Shown piece by piece: positions 60,308-64,000 of a stretch of DNA of 64,000 nt (position 1 is the stretch's first letter; every line of letters starts with the position of its first letter). Source of the stretch: a virus. Both the position numbers and the translations under genes were made by a program. The stretch lies in IMG/VR virus record IMGVR_UViG_3300042691_041392; one strand, given 5' to 3'. The notes beneath the pieces were generated by a model. It searched no databases, was not told the DNA's origin, and saw only the letters and a program-made list of their open reading frames with translations.

Positions 60308-62157
60308 AAGTACATCTTATAGATGTTATCAGGTAATAAGTTGAATAAACCATTCTTAGCCATTATCATTTCAAGTTTATGTAGACCGAATGAAAAAGTT
60401 CTATTTAAATAAGCGTTTTCTTTAATACCCATTTTTTTAATATTCTCAATATCCATACTTGATAAAATCCAATCAAACTTTTCTCTATAAGAATCATTAT
60501 TCCAATCATTATCTAAATTAGATACAACTCCAACAACACCAGGAATGAAATACCAGAAAATTCTTTTTTTATCAATCGCACCTGACATTATTTTAGCGGT
60601 ATTATCAACTATTAAAATGCTATCAATTATTCTTCTCATTTGAAAATCAGAATACATACCACATAAAATAGAATTTAGTTTCATGAAAAATTCATTCTTA
60701 GAATCTTCTTTATGTGAATTAAAATATTCTATAAAAGTAGATGCTACATAATCTTTTGTTACATCACCTAACTCTGTTTCAATTTTTTCTTTTAAATAAT
60801 CTTTAAACTTAACACCATCGATATCATCATTCAAGAAATGATATTCATCAGTATATGGGTCTTTTTTATATGTTCTTGTTGAATAACTAACACCATCAAT
60901 CGTGATATATTCGTCATAATAATCTTTAGGTATATAGTTTTTAACACCCCTATCAATATAATATTCTATAATATCATCATCTATATATAACCAATCATCT
61001 ATAATTGGGTTATGAACAGCATCACTTCTAAGATAATCTTGTTGTGTATATTCAGAGTAAACAACACTTGTGTTATGACTTACATATCTTTGTTGATAAT
61101 CTAACCAATAAGCATTTTCATAATAAACATATGAATTAACATCTTCACACCAAACAAGATCATCTTCATCAAACCAATCACTTTCATATTCTGACCAAAC
61201 TCTACCTTCATTGCTGGTGTAATGACCATCAGTTGATTTTAATTGAAAAATATCATCACTTTTACTACTTCTTAAATCCGTATCGGATAAAATACCATTT
61301 TGGTGATCATAAAACTCAAAAGTGTCCATATATGGATACATTCCAAAATTTGTAACTTTTAAATGAACTCTACCAACCTCATCAGTATTATCATATGTTC
61401 TCATATTATTCTTCTCAGCCCACTCTCTAAATAAAACTTTATCAGAATCAGTTATAGTATAAATTCTATCCATATATTTTGAACCATCTGATAATTCCCA
61501 AACTAAAGCTCTTCCTTTAACTTTATCACCATCGAATAAGACTAATAGACTACAAACTTCAGGATTTTGGACATAAATATCTAAGTATTTTTGACATCTC
61601 TCATATCTCATACAAGAGTTACCTAATTGACCTTTAACTTCTAAATAATTATCTTCTAAATACCATTTTCTGATTTCTTCACCACTAACTAACTTAAAGT
61701 CAGATTCATCTTTACTATCAAAAGTAGCTTTATATGAGTTTACAAACTCTTCCAACTGACTATCAGTAATAGCCCACTTCTTAACATCTAAAAATAAGTG
61801 TCTAACCCATCTACCGACACTATATTCAGGAACTCTTCCTTGAGACCAAAATTTATAATCAGAACCAACCTTAAATGATCTCAAATCTTTTAAGTTAGTA
61901 TCTCTAGCAATTCTATTAACTTGAACAAATGATATTCTATCATTCTTTTCGGTAACGTCAATTAAGGTGTAAACATCTAAAGTTTCACCTGAATCCTCAC
62001 ACTCTAATAAATGTTCTGCTACTATTCTTGGAGTTTCTTTACTACCCTTTGATATCTTTGTTAGTAGTTCTCTAAATCTACCAGAGTAAAATACTCTCAT
62101 CTTATCATTAAATACTTCATTCTCATTTATGAAGTTATCATATCTAAAAAGTTTCAT
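60274..62157 (-). CDS. Tagged large protein with an SCM/GRALVW/DRIY domain and short aromatic repeats
   Basis: MKLFRYDNFINE; LGNSCMRY; KGRALVW; YMDRIY; VWSEY/VWCED/VYSEY repeats. Confidence 0.6.
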   Translation of the reverse strand: MKLFRYDNFINENEVFNDKMRVFYSGRFRELLTKISKGSKETPRIVAEHLLECEDSGETLDVYTLIDVTEKNDRISFVQVNRIARDTNLKDLRSFKVGSDYKFWSQGRVPEYSVGRWVRHLFLDVKKWAITDSQLEEFVNSYKATFDSKDESDFKLVSGEEIRKWYLEDNYLEVKGQLGNSCMRYERCQKYLDIYVQNPEVCSLLVLFDGDKVKGRALVWELSDGSKYMDRIYTITDSDKVLFREWAEKNNMRTYDNTDEVGRVHLKVTNFGMYPYMDTFEFYDHQNGILSDTDLRSSKSDDIFQLKSTDGHYTSNEGRVWSEYESDWFDEDDLVWCEDVNSYVYYENAYWLDYQQRYVSHNTSVVYSEYTQQDYLRSDAVHNPIIDDWLYIDDDIIEYYIDRGVKNYIPKDYYDEYITIDGVSYSTRTYKKDPYTDEYHFLNDDIDGVKFKDYLKEKIETELGDVTKDYVASTFIEYFNSHKEDSKNEFFMKLNSILCGMYSDFQMRRIIDSILIVDNTAKIMSGAIDKKRIFWYFIPGVVGVVSNLDNDWNNDSYREKFDWILSSMDIENIKKMGIKENAYLNRTFSFGLHKLEMIMAKNGLFNLLPDNIYKMYLCLDLKKNYKI

Positions 62158-62169
62158 GATTTATATATT

Positions 62170-62196
62170 AAAAAACCCACTTAAAAAAGTGGGTTT
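62170..62196. terminator. Terminator
   Basis: AAACCCACTT-aaaa-AAGTGGGTTT. Confidence 0.75.
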
Positions 62197-62199
62197 CTA

Positions 62200-63306
62200 T
62201 TATTTCTTTTTTCTTCTTTTACTTTCGTGTTTACCGAATATTTCTTTAGATAGTTTAGCTAAAAAGTTACCTTGTTGTATATTACGAGTAACATAAGGAT
62301 CTTGACTATTCATACCTCCTGACATAGCCGCGTTTGGAAGAGAACTGATAACACCAGCACTTGCTTCATAAACAAGACCAAAATCTTTAAAGTTTTTAAT
62401 TCTCGATTCTTTAGTATAAACATTCTTTTCAATTTCTTGCTTACCTGTGTCTTTAACAACAAACTCTTTAACATTTGAGTAAACCTCGTGATGTAAATCT
62501 TTTACTACATCATTTATGTGTTTAACATTTTTAGAGTCATCATCAGAAAACCCAATTTTAGCAATAACTTTCCATTTATCAGCACCCGATTCATTGAATC
62601 TTGTTTCTAAATCTTTGGCAAACTTGTTACATTTATCAACAAAAGCCATAAAAGCATCTTCTTTAGCTTTCTCTGGATTTTCAGGACTACCACCCCTTGA
62701 AGGAGCAGAAACGCCGATAAACTCACAAACATCTAAGTAATCACTAATTAGTTTATTTTCATCAACATTAACATCTTGATCATAATGATATTTATACATT
62801 TTTAAATGCTCAATCATTTTTCTTCTTTCATCTGATGATAATTGACTAATGATCAACTCAACTCCTTCTCTCATAGGCTCTGGCTCATGACCACGAGCAG
62901 TTATAATTGCGAAAAGAGATCCAGTTGTTAAACACTCAATAAAATCTTCCCAAGATTTAGCCTTTAGATTTTGATCTAAAGCTTTTTTAACATCTTTTAC
63001 AAATATTTCAGGGTCAACTTCATCTCTAAAATTTCTGAAAGGATTTTCAGCAAATGAAACAATACTGTGTCCGTTATAATCAAACTCCCCCTTACCAATT
63101 TCGGAACGATACTCAGCAAAATCAGCAGTTGACATACCCACTTCATTACCACCAGTATCTAATAAAACGATTTCGGTTGGCATATTCAGTATGTTGTCAT
63201 CCCAGTCAAAAGCATAATAAAGAAGTTCATACAATTTATATGTATCATCTCCTTGATTAACTTCACCAGCAAATCCTTCGTTGAATTTATTAAATTTATT
63301 AATCAT
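62200..63306 (-). CDS. Tagged HAD-superfamily phosphatase-like protein
   Basis: MINKFNKFNE; AFDWDD (I), IITARG (II), K (III), GFSDDD (IV). Confidence 0.65.
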   Translation of the reverse strand: MINKFNKFNEGFAGEVNQGDDTYKLYELLYYAFDWDDNILNMPTEIVLLDTGGNEVGMSTADFAEYRSEIGKGEFDYNGHSIVSFAENPFRNFRDEVDPEIFVKDVKKALDQNLKAKSWEDFIECLTTGSLFAIITARGHEPEPMREGVELIISQLSSDERRKMIEHLKMYKYHYDQDVNVDENKLISDYLDVCEFIGVSAPSRGGSPENPEKAKEDAFMAFVDKCNKFAKDLETRFNESGADKWKVIAKIGFSDDDSKNVKHINDVVKDLHHEVYSNVKEFVVKDTGKQEIEKNVYTKESRIKNFKDFGLVYEASAGVISSLPNAAMSGGMNSQDPYVTRNIQQGNFLAKLSKEIFGKHESKRRKKK

Positions 63307-63312
63307 TTTAAA

Positions 63313-63651
63313 TTATTTTCTTTTGTTGATAAAAGATTGGAAAGATTCTAATTTACTTTCACCTTCTTCTTCATCTTCATCTTCTTCGGAATCAAAATCT
63401 TCATCTTGTCCAAAATCTTCATCTTCATCTTCTTCAGAGTCAAAGTCCTCTTCTTCATCTTGACCAAATTCGTCAAAACCTTGAACGTCATCACCTTCTT
63501 CAGAATCTTCATCATCAAAACCTTGACCTTCTTCAGTTTCTAATTCAAATTCCTCAACAACTTCTTCATCTTTTAAAGCTGAAACAGAGATAACACCATC
63601 TTTTTCTTCGATTACGATTTCGTATCCGTTAACTTCTACTTTAGTTACCAT
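63313..63651 (-). CDS. Extremely acidic small protein
   Basis: D/E runs punctuated by Phe; ends ESKLESFQSFINKRK. Confidence 0.65.
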   Translation of the reverse strand: MVTKVEVNGYEIVIEEKDGVISVSALKDEEVVEEFELETEEGQGFDDEDSEEGDDVQGFDEFGQDEEEDFDSEEDEDEDFGQDEDFDSEEDEDEEEGESKLESFQSFINKRK

Positions 63652-63756
63652 ATTATTATTTATTTTTTTGTATATATTATTTTTACCAAGTCATTTTTGG
63701 TACTTTATATATTAAACTTTTAAGTTACTAATTGATAAAAAAATAAAAATATACTA

Positions 63757-64000
63757 ATGAATAGAATTGAAAAAATGTTGAAATCTCATATGAGAGACAA
63801 CAGTAGAATTCCAGTATCTACATCAGTATTCGATGATTACTTTAAAAAAGTAACTAAAATACAAAATAACAATACTTCTTACTTATTAGAAAATAATGGA
63901 ATTTCAGTTGATGTTTTTTCTAAGTTATTAGACGATAGAATAATTTTTCTCTCAACTGATATAGACGATTATACATGTAATCTAATCAAAGCTCAACTTC
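63757..64000 (+). CDS. clpP: ATP-dependent Clp protease proteolytic subunit (partial, runs off window)
   Basis: Manual translation ...VDVFSKLLDDRIIFLSTDIDDYTCNLIKAQL, the ClpP N-terminal signature. Confidence 0.8.
   Translation, partial: MNRIEKMLKSHMRDNSRIPVSTSVFDDYFKKVTKIQNNNTSYLLENNGISVDVFSKLLDDRIIFLSTDIDDYTCNLIKAQL

Noticed and set aside
4382-63463. Antisense or alternate-frame ORFs in the track (4382, 6291, 8310, 9219, 11146, 11991, 13363, 14329, 17277, 17416, 23051, 26893, 27913, 28277, 29269, 31824, 39638, 41467, 43425, 43571, 46672, 48580, 49464, 57634, 62516, 63054, 63281)
   Set aside because: They overlap better-supported genes, lack recognisable motifs and look like shadow ORFs.
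1-64000. Stop-codon reassignment (TAG or TGA) as in some large phages
   Set aside because: Long conserved genes are intact in the standard code, and TAG and TGA serve as plausible ends (for example 8093, 42324, 36577, 37257).
1-64000. tRNA, rRNA or CRISPR array
   Set aside because: No cloverleaf, rRNA-like stretch or regularly spaced repeat-spacer pattern was seen by eye. A tRNAscan or Infernal run would be needed to be sure.

Overview
This is an AT-rich (roughly 25% GC by eye), gene-dense segment of a large T4-like or jumbo myovirus genome in the standard genetic code. The host is probably Bacteroidota, based on TTTG-N18-22-TAnnTTTG promoters and Bacteroidota-like ClpP and M42 peptidase genes. 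The window carries tail sheath, tail tube, baseplate and tape-measure genes, a gp47/Mre11-like nuclease, a UvsY-like protein, a probable sliding clamp, a primase and the C-terminal half of a split family-B DNA polymerase. It also has two cell-wall enzymes, host-like metabolic and proteolytic genes, eight free-standing homing endonuclease genes, and many small proteins sharing short terminal motifs. The most striking feature is a 40-nt gap that interrupts the polymerase inside catalytic motif B (QLAL|KLVLNGSYG) and is closed by stops in all three frames. The gap is bounded by matched Leu codons (CTT 53083 and CTA 53123) and has a 13-bp stem upstream, an 11-bp hairpin inside and a possible stem downstream. 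This architecture suggests programmed ribosomal bypassing, as in T4 gene 60. Second, about 17 proteins carry an N-terminal tag resembling the T4 capsid-targeting sequence, suggesting a large set of head-packaged, injected proteins. All functional calls come from motifs recognised by eye; no searches were run.
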